Shown: piece by piece, positions 31,001 to 39,886 of the stretch
Position numbering within the stretch: position 1 is the first letter of the stretch
Layout: every line of letters starts with the position of its first letter
Notes under the pieces: model-generated
Databases searched by the model: none
Told to the model about the DNA's origin: nothing
Seen by the model: only the letters and a program-made list of their open reading frames with translations
Program-made: the position numbers and the translations under genes
Source: an uncultured archaeon
GTDB lineage: Archaea; Asgardarchaeota; Lokiarchaeia; Sigyniarchaeales; SOKP01
Reading direction: 5' to 3'
Length of the DNA: 64,000 bases
NCBI GenBank assembly: GCA_964508365.1
Contig: CAZDTP010000005.1
Span: 32,001-96,000, forward strand

Positions 31001-31141
31001 TCTTTTTTTTAAGTAAATACCTTTTCTGTTAGTTTTTACTTATAGGTTATTATAAAAATTCTATTAACGAATCGTTATTTTTCTAATTTATAGTTGAGAA
31101 TTACAAAATAACTTTTTATTAATTATAATCATCGAAATGGA

Positions 31142-31273
31142 ATGACGCTGAATAAGAAAAAATTAGTTTCTGAACCGTTAGTGGAATTTTCTCCGGGTAA
31201 AGATCCTTATATTAAAGCGCGGAAAAAAGGGCCTAGCTGGTTTAATAATATTAAAATCTTTTTCTACCAATAA
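31142..31273 (+). CDS. Possible 43-aa small protein below the track cut-off
   Basis: Hand translation MTLNKKKLVSEPLVEFSPGKDPYIKARKKGPSWFNNIKIFFYQ*; more GC-rich than its flanks. Confidence 0.3.
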   Translation: MTLNKKKLVSEPLVEFSPGKDPYIKARKKGPSWFNNIKIFFYQ

Positions 31274-31303
31274 AAAGGATATTCTAATTAAAAACAAATA
31301 ATT

Positions 31304-31984
31304 ATGTCTATTATGAACATTAAAAATTGGAAAAATCGCGCAGTTTTTTCATTATTTCTGAGTTCTGTGATATTTCTAGTATTAGTTTTTCTTGCGATGG
31401 CGTTCTATGCAGGTGGAACACGCGATAATCCCGCTTTTCCAGGATATTCTTTTTGGGGGAATACGATAAGCGACTCTGGGCGTTCTATTGCATGGTCTGG
31501 GATAATCAACACCACATCGATGGTATTTTTATCTTTGTCCTTGATAATTTATGGGGTATTTTACATACCGTTTTATCTTTTGGTTTCGGATTCACTTACC
31601 GAAGGAAAGTTAGAAAAGATTTCAAGTAAAATTGGTGCAATTTTTGGCATTCTGTCCTCAATTTCTTTAATAGGAATTGCATTTACTCCCGCTGATATTC
31701 TCTATATCTACCACATGATTTTCGTCTTCATTGGATACATCTCCATTTTCTTAAACGGCGTATTCTTTTCAATCGCATTTTATAAAAATAAGGAATTTTC
31801 AAATACATATGCTCTAATCTTCGGAATTTATACGATATTTTATTTCATGTCCATTCTTCTAAGCTTGATTGGGTTATTGATTGATAGAAACCTTATGGTG
31901 CTTTTTCAAAAACTTGGAACTTTTGCCGGTCTCGTTGCTTTTCTCATTATAGGATATGGATTTTGGAAATTTAAGAAAGCATAA
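31304..31984 (+). CDS. Multi-pass membrane protein (DUF998-like)
   Basis: YSFWGNTISDSGR, five to six TM, HMIFV motif. Confidence 0.6.
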   Translation: MSIMNIKNWKNRAVFSLFLSSVIFLVLVFLAMAFYAGGTRDNPAFPGYSFWGNTISDSGRSIAWSGIINTTSMVFLSLSLIIYGVFYIPFYLLVSDSLTEGKLEKISSKIGAIFGILSSISLIGIAFTPADILYIYHMIFVFIGYISIFLNGVFFSIAFYKNKEFSNTYALIFGIYTIFYFMSILLSLIGLLIDRNLMVLFQKLGTFAGLVAFLIIGYGFWKFKKA

Positions 31985-32164
31985 AAAAATAAAATCCTTT
32001 TTTTTTCCCTTTAAAAATTTAAAACTGGAAATCTTCTTCAAATCCCAGAAGCGCTTTTACTTATTTAAATTATCTGCACTAATTGTCTTCTTTTATATTT
32101 CGAGTTCTAAATCTTGTCCAAATTCCCTGAAAATTATTTTTTAAAAAAAAAATAGAGAAAAAAA

Positions 32165-33529
32165 TTATAAACGAGTTATATATCTATTTCGCTCCCATTC
32201 AGACACTACAAGTTTATAAGCGTCGTTTTCTTCTAATTTCGCATAATAAAAGTTTTTGAACGGTTGTTCCCCGAAGATTTCTTTCATGTATTCAGAATTT
32301 CTAAATTCTTTCAGCGCTTCCATTAAACTTCCAGGGAGAGAATTGATTCCTTCCTTCTCCATTTCTTTCGATGTCAGATGATACACATTTCTATCAGTAG
32401 GTTCGTAGAGTTCAATGTCATCAGATAAAATTCCATATAAACCGGTACTTAATAGAACAGCGAACTGTAGATAAGGATTACCCGCGGGATCTGGGCAACG
32501 AATCTCGCACCTAGCAGCAGTTCTCTTGCCATGGAAGTCTGGAACTCTGATTAATGGTGATCTATTCCGGAATCCCCATGCTATATATACCGGAGCTTCA
32601 TACCCAGGTACTAATCGCTTATACGAGTTTGGCCAACTGCTTAATACTGCACACATAGCTTTCGCATATGTCAGCTGACCAGCAATCCACTTTTTCATTA
32701 ATAAAGATATATGTGCTGGGTCTGATTCATCATAAAATACGTTTTTACCTTCTTTCCATAGGCTCTGATGACAGTGCATCCCAGATCCGTTTATCCCATC
32801 AAAAGGTTTAGGCATAAAAGTTGCCGTCATATTATTCTGAGCAGCCACAGTCTTTATAATTGCTTTTATCGTAATTGTATTGTCCGCACTTTCAACTGCT
32901 TTGTCGTAGCGAAAATCAACTTCGTGCTGACCAAAAGCTACCTCGTGATGAAGCGCTTCGATTTCAATTCCCATTTTATCACAGTATTCTGCAATCGTGT
33001 AGCGCATACGTTCATTAATATCATATGGATCATAATCAAAATATCCTCTCATATCAGAAGGTTTAAAAGCAGCCTGGCTATTTTCTTGGTCCAATATAAA
33101 AAACTCCATTTCTGGAGCACAAACATAATCAAATCCATGCTTTCTTGCTTTTTTTACAGCCTTCTGTAGAATATAGCGAGGATCTCCATCGTATCTCTCC
33201 CCACTTGGAGTATAAATATCGCAGATTGCTCTGGCTACTCTGTTATTTGTCGCATTGTTTCGCCAAGGTAATATATAAAAAGTACTAGGATCAGGCAATG
33301 CAACCTTATCGGATTCCTCGATTGCCCCATACCCCGTTATAGAACTCCCATCAAAATTCTCGCCTATTTCAAAACATTCCTCTATTCGTTTTGAGTTAAT
33401 TTCAAAGGATTTAATTATCCCATGAATATCGGTAAATTGAAGGTATATAAACTTAATGTCCTCCTCTTTAACCCGCTCGATTACGTCTTCACATAATCCC
33501 TTCCTATTTGGATCTCCCTTTTCAATCAT
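32165..33529 (-). CDS. glnA: Glutamine synthetase type I
   Basis: FDGSSI, HHEVAFGQHE, FMPKP..GINGSGMH, NSYKRLVPGYEAP, RCPDPAGNPYL. Confidence 0.95.
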   Translation of the reverse strand: MIEKGDPNRKGLCEDVIERVKEEDIKFIYLQFTDIHGIIKSFEINSKRIEECFEIGENFDGSSITGYGAIEESDKVALPDPSTFYILPWRNNATNNRVARAICDIYTPSGERYDGDPRYILQKAVKKARKHGFDYVCAPEMEFFILDQENSQAAFKPSDMRGYFDYDPYDINERMRYTIAEYCDKMGIEIEALHHEVAFGQHEVDFRYDKAVESADNTITIKAIIKTVAAQNNMTATFMPKPFDGINGSGMHCHQSLWKEGKNVFYDESDPAHISLLMKKWIAGQLTYAKAMCAVLSSWPNSYKRLVPGYEAPVYIAWGFRNRSPLIRVPDFHGKRTAARCEIRCPDPAGNPYLQFAVLLSTGLYGILSDDIELYEPTDRNVYHLTSKEMEKEGINSLPGSLMEALKEFRNSEYMKEIFGEQPFKNFYYAKLEENDAYKLVVSEWERNRYITRL

Positions 33530-33612
33530 TTTTTATCTCATCTTAATTTATTCAGTAAAATCTAAAGATTTACATTTTGGTTAGATTATATAAATCAAAG
33601 TTCTATAATTAT

Positions 33613-33981
33613 TCATTCATAGATTAACAAATAATTTTTTTCTTTTTCGAAGATTTTTGATTCAATATTTGGTAAATTTTTGATAGTTTTTAATTGAGAA
33701 ATTCCATATTTTAAATTGAAGAAATTTCTAAATTTAAGACTCGAATTACAGTTCCAGATAAACTCCTCTTTTGGTTTAAAATCAGAAAATTTAGGTTCAG
33801 AAGCGATCTTAATGTAAAATTCATCTGGTTTTTGATGACCAAATGCAGTTGTTTGTTCATAATGAGAGTAAGTGTAGTTCTCGGGGATATTTATGCTATC
33901 AATTGATTTATCTTCACATGTGTGGCATATTTTTCTGTCGTAATAATATTCCTTTCCGCAAATTGGGCATTTTAATGACAT
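33613..33981 (-). CDS. Zn-finger protein upstream of glnA (paralog of 43395-43622)
   Basis: KCPICGKEYYYDRKICHTC ... WNCNSS. Confidence 0.7.
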   Translation of the reverse strand: MSLKCPICGKEYYYDRKICHTCEDKSIDSINIPENYTYSHYEQTTAFGHQKPDEFYIKIASEPKFSDFKPKEEFIWNCNSSLKFRNFFNLKYGISQLKTIKNLPNIESKIFEKEKNYLLIYE

Positions 33982-34017
33982 TTATAATCAATATTCAAAT
34001 CTAATTTTGTTACTAAA

Positions 34018-34032
34018 AGGGATTAATTCCCT
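34018..34032. promoter_or_regulatory. Inverted repeat AGGGA-N5-TCCCT, candidate operator of the Zn-finger/glnA unit
   Basis: agggattaattccct, 37-51 bp upstream of the ATG at 33981, in the divergent region shared with the Lrp gene. Confidence 0.35.
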
Positions 34033-34271
34033 AATTTTAATTTAATAAATATTATAATGATCACATATATAAAAATATTGACTTTTTTTAGTACATTTGT
34101 TAACATTATTGGAAGAAAAAGTTTTAACATGGTAACTTATTGAATAAGAAAATGAACGAATGAATAATTTTATACTTTTTGTCGTTATGAAAAATGATCA
34201 ACCGAATATATTTTCACTTAATTTTTGGACAATTGCATACTTTTATAATGATTATATAACTTTCATATACT

Positions 34272-34766
34272 ATGACGGAACAATCTAGCCTTGACAACAT
34301 TGACGATTTAGATTTTGAGATCTTAAAGAAATTGAGCGCTGACGGTAGGATTTCCCTTCGACAGCTTGCAAATGATTTAGGAAAAAAATCGCCTGTAACG
34401 ATTAAAAATCATGTTGAGAAATTGGAGAACAATGGTATTATCACGAGTTATGGAGTTCAAATTGACTACGAAAAATTGGGATATGAAATTATTGCGCTTA
34501 TCGAAATAACAGTTTCCAAAGGTAAACTGCTTGAAGTTGAAAAGAAGATTGCCCATAATCCAAATGTTTTCGCTGTATACGATATTACTGGAACGTATGA
34601 TGCACTTATTCTTGCACGATTTAAAACGAGGGCAAAGCTCAGTGAAATGATAAAAGGCGAGCTTCTTGCTTCTCCTTTTGTTGAGCGAACAAATACTCAT
34701 TTAGTCTTAAACGTGATTAAGGAACGTAGTTCGTTTAATGAGTTAATGAAGAAAAAAGAGAATTAG
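34272..34766 (+). CDS. Lrp/AsnC family transcriptional regulator
   Basis: LDFEILKKLSADGRISLRQLA HTH; VYDITGTYDAL RAM domain. Confidence 0.93.
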   Translation: MTEQSSLDNIDDLDFEILKKLSADGRISLRQLANDLGKKSPVTIKNHVEKLENNGIITSYGVQIDYEKLGYEIIALIEITVSKGKLLEVEKKIAHNPNVFAVYDITGTYDALILARFKTRAKLSEMIKGELLASPFVERTNTHLVLNVIKERSSFNELMKKKEN

Positions 34767-34986
34767 AAATCTCTAATTCTAATTAAGAAAGTTTAAATAA
34801 ACATTAGCATGTCGAGTCTTTTTACCACCGATACCGCAATTAGCGCTATTAGGAGCCCGAACACGCTCATTACTTGAGATAATTCGGAAACGATAATATC
34901 AAGAAATTAGAAAACAATTTTTAAAATATAATAATCCTGTTATTTTGAGAATTAGGAATATTCATTAAATACAATTGATCTTAACT

Positions 34987-35733
34987 ATGGATCGCAATCA
35001 GAAGAAAATTAGCATCGTCATAATTGTAGTATTGCTTGCCACATCATCAATATTAATACCATTTATTTTTGTATTCTTGAGCAATACTGCAACTAAACCT
35101 CAAATAGTTTTCACTCCCAATTATTTAAAGTCCTTTCCAAACCATACAGTATGGTTATTAGCGGAAGCATATTCGGGAGAAACAGATTTTAGCGGTAACT
35201 ACTCAGTAAGAATTGAAGCAAATGAATCAATTGATATAGAGTATAAAGTTTGGGACAATCAGGTTAATTATAAAGTTATAGAATTATTCATCAAACCAAA
35301 CTCTACACATCTAAATCATAAAATAGAAATAAAACTAGAGCTTGTAGATAATGAAATTATTTTAGAAAGTTTTGCCACTATCGATGTCATTGACTGGGCA
35401 CCTAAGAATATCACAGAAGTTGAAATAATGAGAGATGCTTTTATTTCTTATCTTTCATCAAATGCGAGTTCGATTGGAATCAATGAAAGTATAATATGGG
35501 ACGGGTTTGACAACGCGCCACAAATTTTGATTGTGGAGCATTATCTTTTTAGATCTGAATTTTGGGAATTGGAACTTTCTAGACATGTTACAACTGCCCC
35601 ATATGACTGGGTAAAGGTTTACATTAGGCCCAGAAATCAAATTAGTCCTATTTGGTCAGGAATCATCGAATCGTGGATTAGTGGTAACCATAATGTGTCT
35701 GAAATTGAACCTCCATCATCCATTTATCGTTAA
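34987..35733 (+). CDS. Hypothetical N-terminally anchored extracellular protein
   Basis: Basic residues then one hydrophobic helix (MDRNQKKISIVIIVVLLA...) and a soluble domain. Confidence 0.7.
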   Translation: MDRNQKKISIVIIVVLLATSSILIPFIFVFLSNTATKPQIVFTPNYLKSFPNHTVWLLAEAYSGETDFSGNYSVRIEANESIDIEYKVWDNQVNYKVIELFIKPNSTHLNHKIEIKLELVDNEIILESFATIDVIDWAPKNITEVEIMRDAFISYLSSNASSIGINESIIWDGFDNAPQILIVEHYLFRSEFWELELSRHVTTAPYDWVKVYIRPRNQISPIWSGIIESWISGNHNVSEIEPPSSIYR

Positions 35734-36092
35734 ATCTTAATAAAGATTTAAAATTTGAAGAAATCAACAACATCTCCATTATAAACTTGATACCCTTTTT
35801 TCTTCATATTTGTCCTTTTAAATTCAAATTCCTTTTTTGCAAAGATTTTAATCGAGATGTTCCTTAATTTTTTAGTTATTCTTATTCTTTTTAAAAAGTC
35901 ATTTCGATTTTCCTCTGGAAAAAACTTATTTATATTGTGAGTTTTTTTATTTTTCTTTAATATATTGATTATTTTACTATTCCATCAGCCCACAGTTCAC
36001 ATGTCTTAAAATGTGCTTAAATTTTCGCGAATTTTTATCTAATTAGGATTTAATTTCTTAAAAAAATAAAAAGAATATGGTTATTTCAATAA

Positions 36093-36674
36093 TTAAATTG
36101 GTTTTAATTCTTGGACGAATAAAGTTCTTGTATAGTTATATGTTGGAGCATGTGCAACACTTAATGAGTTAGCTGATCCTGTAGCGTCCCAAGTGGATTT
36201 CCAATATATTTCAATAGAATAAGTTCCAGTTGGTAGAGGTTGAGTTAATAGATTGATATGCAAATTATATGTAAGCTGACGGAAATATCCTCCTGAAGGT
36301 TCAGAATCGTAGTATAAAACTATAATAGTACGATTAGTTACACCGGTGACTACTAATGAAACATTGTAGCTAGACCTTATAGTAAAAGTATTATCCAGCG
36401 ATAAGAGCGCAATGGCAGAAAATTCAACAAACAATCTTGAGTCTTGATTAATTGTTATATTTACTTAGGTATCATCCATTTTCTTATAAGTTAATTCATT
36501 ATCAAAGATATATGCTGGAGAGTTCCATTCTTCGTATTGATATTGAAGGACGATATTGCGTTCAAGAGATCCTGGAAGAAATACTGGTGCCATGAAGTAA
36601 ATAAGAGCACTCGTAATTATAACGGAAAGTATTACACTCCCAATAATGCTCCCTAAAACTCCTTTTCCTGACAT
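36093..36674 (-). pseudogene. Surface-protein gene interrupted by one in-frame TAA (36465-36467)
   Basis: Track ORFs 36465-36674 and 36093-36434 share a frame: ...KMDDT*VNITINQDSRLFVEFSA...; joined product aligns with 13684-14172. Confidence 0.75.
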
Positions 36675-37081
36675 TTTTTCACCTTTAAAGTTATGCAGAA
36701 TTTTTAAAATTAAATTGATTTAAATTTATATTAGCACAAATAAATATAAATGGTTTCACTAACTAATATGCTCTGAATTCTGTAAAAACTTAATCTGTCT
36801 TTACATTTCTACGAATTTATGAATTTAAAATAAATTAATATTCCAATTCGATTTTTTAAAAGATGCTTTCATTTCTATATTTGCGTGTTTGCATTAACGT
36901 CTTATTGTATATTTTCATTTTCTCTTATAAATTCGGCAATTTTTGGGCGTCTTATGTTCATCAAATTTTCATTGGAAAAAAACTCTGAATTTACCTTTAT
37001 AAACAGTAAATATTTTCAAACGATACAATTAAAGAAAAAGCTAATAATTCTTTTTTTGATTTAGTGATAATTATTCTCAAA

Positions 37082-37504
37082 TTATTCAACAATTCTTGAG
37101 ATCCTGGATAACGGATGCCCCTTAGCTTTCATTTCTAACTCATTAAACCATCCAAAAGGAAGGCGGAGCACTGAATAATCCTTTAATTTTAGATTCGATT
37201 CGATTTTTTTAAAAGACATGAAGGCAAATTCTAAAGTGCTAAGTTGGCCAAAAAGATGAGCAAACGGCACAATTACAATATTTGATATTTTTAGTTGTGC
37301 TGTAATTTTTTCAATTTCAACAATCCCTTTTTCTAAAAACTCTGGATTTTCTTCGTCTCGTTTTTCTGTACTAATAAATAGAACTAAAGCATTTTTGATT
37401 TGAGCTTCTCTATTATTTTCCGTAATTTCTTCAATAATCTTTGACCGACCTTTCTTGGTTACTTTATATCGGAAATAATCAACATGAAACGATAAAAATC
37501 TCAT
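37082..37504 (-). CDS. Free-standing archaeal-type threonyl-tRNA synthetase editing domain
   Basis: MRFLSFHVDYF, VPFAHL, PFGWFNELEMKAKGHPLSRISR. Confidence 0.85.
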   Translation of the reverse strand: MRFLSFHVDYFRYKVTKKGRSKIIEEITENNREAQIKNALVLFISTEKRDEENPEFLEKGIVEIEKITAQLKISNIVIVPFAHLFGQLSTLEFAFMSFKKIESNLKLKDYSVLRLPFGWFNELEMKAKGHPLSRISRIVE

Positions 37505-37543
37505 CTTTCTTCTAAACTTTTTATATTTGAATGTTACTTTAAT

Positions 37544-37864
37544 TTATTCAGATAAATTGGATCCACAAAACGGGCAAAATTTAATATCTTCTTCGATTTT
37601 TTCGCCACAATACTTACATTTAGCGCTCAACTTTTCTGTAGTCAAAACTCCTTGCTCTATCTTTACATTGGTAGTCCTAGTATTATCAGAGCCCAATTTC
37701 GGCACTTTAAATGTCGTTTTTGTGTCATGATCTACATTGCTATGGAGAAGTTTGTAAACGACAATAATTATAATGATGAAAACAATAATTACAACAACAA
37801 ATATCAGAACAAAAATACTAGTTATAAACCCAAAAATGTCAAACGGGAAGGAATTTTGCGGCAT
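37544..37864 (-). CDS. Single-TM protein with C-terminal zinc ribbon
   Basis: Long hydrophobic helix; CKYCGEKIEEDIKFCPFCG. Confidence 0.75.
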   Translation of the reverse strand: MPQNSFPFDIFGFITSIFVLIFVVVIIVFIIIIIVVYKLLHSNVDHDTKTTFKVPKLGSDNTRTTNVKIEQGVLTTEKLSAKCKYCGEKIEEDIKFCPFCGSNLSE

Positions 37865-38081
37865 CTTTATTCTATCAATATGATTTAAATTTTATGCATA
37901 TTAAACAAATTCAACTTAATAAAACTATGCCTAGACGAGTTTTTCATTGGAGTAAAATAATATATCCGAACCTAGATATAAAAAAGTTCGTATCTATTCC
38001 CTAGTTTTAGTTTTACCATTAAATACATTTAAATATCCCATCTTTCTATATATCCCATAAATTTAAAATTTTAAATAGAGA

Positions 38082-38864
38082 ATGAAAATGATATTTCAAG
38101 GATTTGATCTGTTATTTATAATATTGCCTATTGTAATCGTTCTTTTAATTTTTTTGGCATGCTTTCTACTTGCAGGGATAAAGGTAATATTGGAATATGA
38201 ACGGCTTATAATATTCCGTCTTGGTAAATATAAGCGAACTATAGGACCAGGTGTTGTATATGTACTCCCAATCCTCGAAAAGTCTAGAAAAGTCGATTTG
38301 AGAATTGTAACCGCTGACATTCCTCGGCAAGAAGTCATTACGAGGGATAACATACCCGTTTTGGCGAATACAGTAGTTTACTTCAAGGTAGAAAAACCAT
38401 CGGATGCAATCATCAAAATAGAGAACTATGCTTTTGCCGTTAGACAATACACACAGGCGGCTTTAAGAGATGTTGTCGGTAATATGGAATTAGATAGTGT
38501 TTTAACTGAAAGGGATAAAATTGCTGCCGACATTAGAAAGATTGTTGATCAAGAAACTAACGAATGGGGTATTGATATAAAAGCCATAAAGATACAAGAA
38601 ATAGAATTACCTGCTGAAATGAAAAGAGCAATGGCTAAACAAGCAGAGGCAGAACGGGAAAAACGGGCAGCAATTATTGCTAGTGAAGGTGAGCTTGCGT
38701 CAGCAAGAAACCTAGCGGAAGCAGCCACGATGATGTCATCTCAACCTGGGGCTTTACAACTTAGAACTCTTCAAACTATTAGAGATATTTCTCAAGATCC
38801 TTCTGAAAAGATAGTTATATTCATGCCGTCTGATATAGGTAATATTCTTAAGAAATTTACGTGA
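38082..38864 (+). CDS. SPFH / band-7 stomatin-like protein
   Basis: YERLIIFRLG, QEVITRDN, AMAKQAEAEREKRA, ALQLRTLQT. Confidence 0.93.
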   Translation: MKMIFQGFDLLFIILPIVIVLLIFLACFLLAGIKVILEYERLIIFRLGKYKRTIGPGVVYVLPILEKSRKVDLRIVTADIPRQEVITRDNIPVLANTVVYFKVEKPSDAIIKIENYAFAVRQYTQAALRDVVGNMELDSVLTERDKIAADIRKIVDQETNEWGIDIKAIKIQEIELPAEMKRAMAKQAEAEREKRAAIIASEGELASARNLAEAATMMSSQPGALQLRTLQTIRDISQDPSEKIVIFMPSDIGNILKKFT

Positions 38865-38865
38865 T

Positions 38866-39552
38866 ATGGAGGGTTCAAGGATGAGTAGAACTTTCTTAGA
38901 TAATCAAAGATACGTACAAATAGCTTTCAATCATACAGCGGCAGATGTTTTAAGAATTTTACCCAAGATACCCTACGATCCTCGCTTAATTATCGAAGCT
39001 GGTACGCCATTCATTAAAAGAGAAGGAATTGCAGGGATAAGGTTGATTCGAAGACTTTGGCGAGGATTGCTTGTTGCGGATTTAAAAGTTACAGATGGAG
39101 CATACGAGGAAGTAGGATTCGCATATAGCGTCGGAGCTAATGCAGTTACTGCCGCGGGAACGGCCCCAACGGAAACTCTGGATTTCTTTAACGAAATTTG
39201 TGAAAAATATGGATTAATTTCTATGATTGATATGCTTGGTCAAGAAAATCCTTTACGTAAATTGCTCCCGTTAAAATTTAAACCTAAAGCAGTGGTAATT
39301 CATAAGGGTAGAGACGAAGAAATCAATCCACGAAGTATTATCAGATTTAAAGATATAAATAAGGTCCGATCAAAATACGGCGTTTTAATATCTGTGGCGG
39401 GTGGTTTAGATCACGATTCGGTAAGAAAAGCTTATTTCAATGGAGCAGATATAGCAATTTTAAATATTGTTAAACCCTCAGATGAGAACAAAGGATTAAT
39501 AGATACCGTGAATTTTCGATCACTGATTCCCTCAATCCTAAAAGAAGTTTAA
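38866..39552 (+). CDS. 3-hexulose-6-phosphate synthase-like (OMPDC/HUMPS TIM-barrel) protein
   Basis: LIIEAGTPFIK, LVADLKVTDG, MIDML, SVAGGL. Confidence 0.75.
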   Translation: MEGSRMSRTFLDNQRYVQIAFNHTAADVLRILPKIPYDPRLIIEAGTPFIKREGIAGIRLIRRLWRGLLVADLKVTDGAYEEVGFAYSVGANAVTAAGTAPTETLDFFNEICEKYGLISMIDMLGQENPLRKLLPLKFKPKAVVIHKGRDEEINPRSIIRFKDINKVRSKYGVLISVAGGLDHDSVRKAYFNGADIAILNIVKPSDENKGLIDTVNFRSLIPSILKEV

Positions 39553-39587
39553 TAAAGTAATTTAATTACTTATTTTTTTATTTATCT

Positions 39588-39755
39588 CTATTCTATTCTA
39601 ATCGTATTTTTACAATCTTTACAGAATAATTCTAAGTAATTATGAGATTCCTTTAAGAATAACTTATGTCGTTTTATATCGCAACCATAACATTTTCTCT
39701 TTCTATAAAAGAAATTGGGGGTAAAAAAGTTATTAGATTCTTTTATTCTACTCAT
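39588..39755 (-). CDS. 55-aa Zn-ribbon protein missed by the ORF track
   Basis: Hand translation MSRIKESNNFFTPNFFYRKRKCYGCDIKRHKLFLKESHNYLELFCKDCKNTIRIE*; two CxxC pairs. Confidence 0.6.
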   Translation of the reverse strand: MSRIKESNNFFTPNFFYRKRKCYGCDIKRHKLFLKESHNYLELFCKDCKNTIRIE

Positions 39756-39886
39756 GAAGAGGAAAGATCAAGATTTTTATTTAAATCCCGCCTCGGTAAC
39801 GATTTCTCGTTTTTAAAATATAATAACTAAAATTTTTGTTTTATTTTTCCTTATTAAAACCTCAGAATCTTTCTTTGGTATTTTGA

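Noticed and set aside
34790-34915. 25-codon hydrophobic minus-strand ORF (MSVFGLLIALIAVSVVKRLDMLMFI)
   Set aside because: Too short and unassignable; probably a relic or chance
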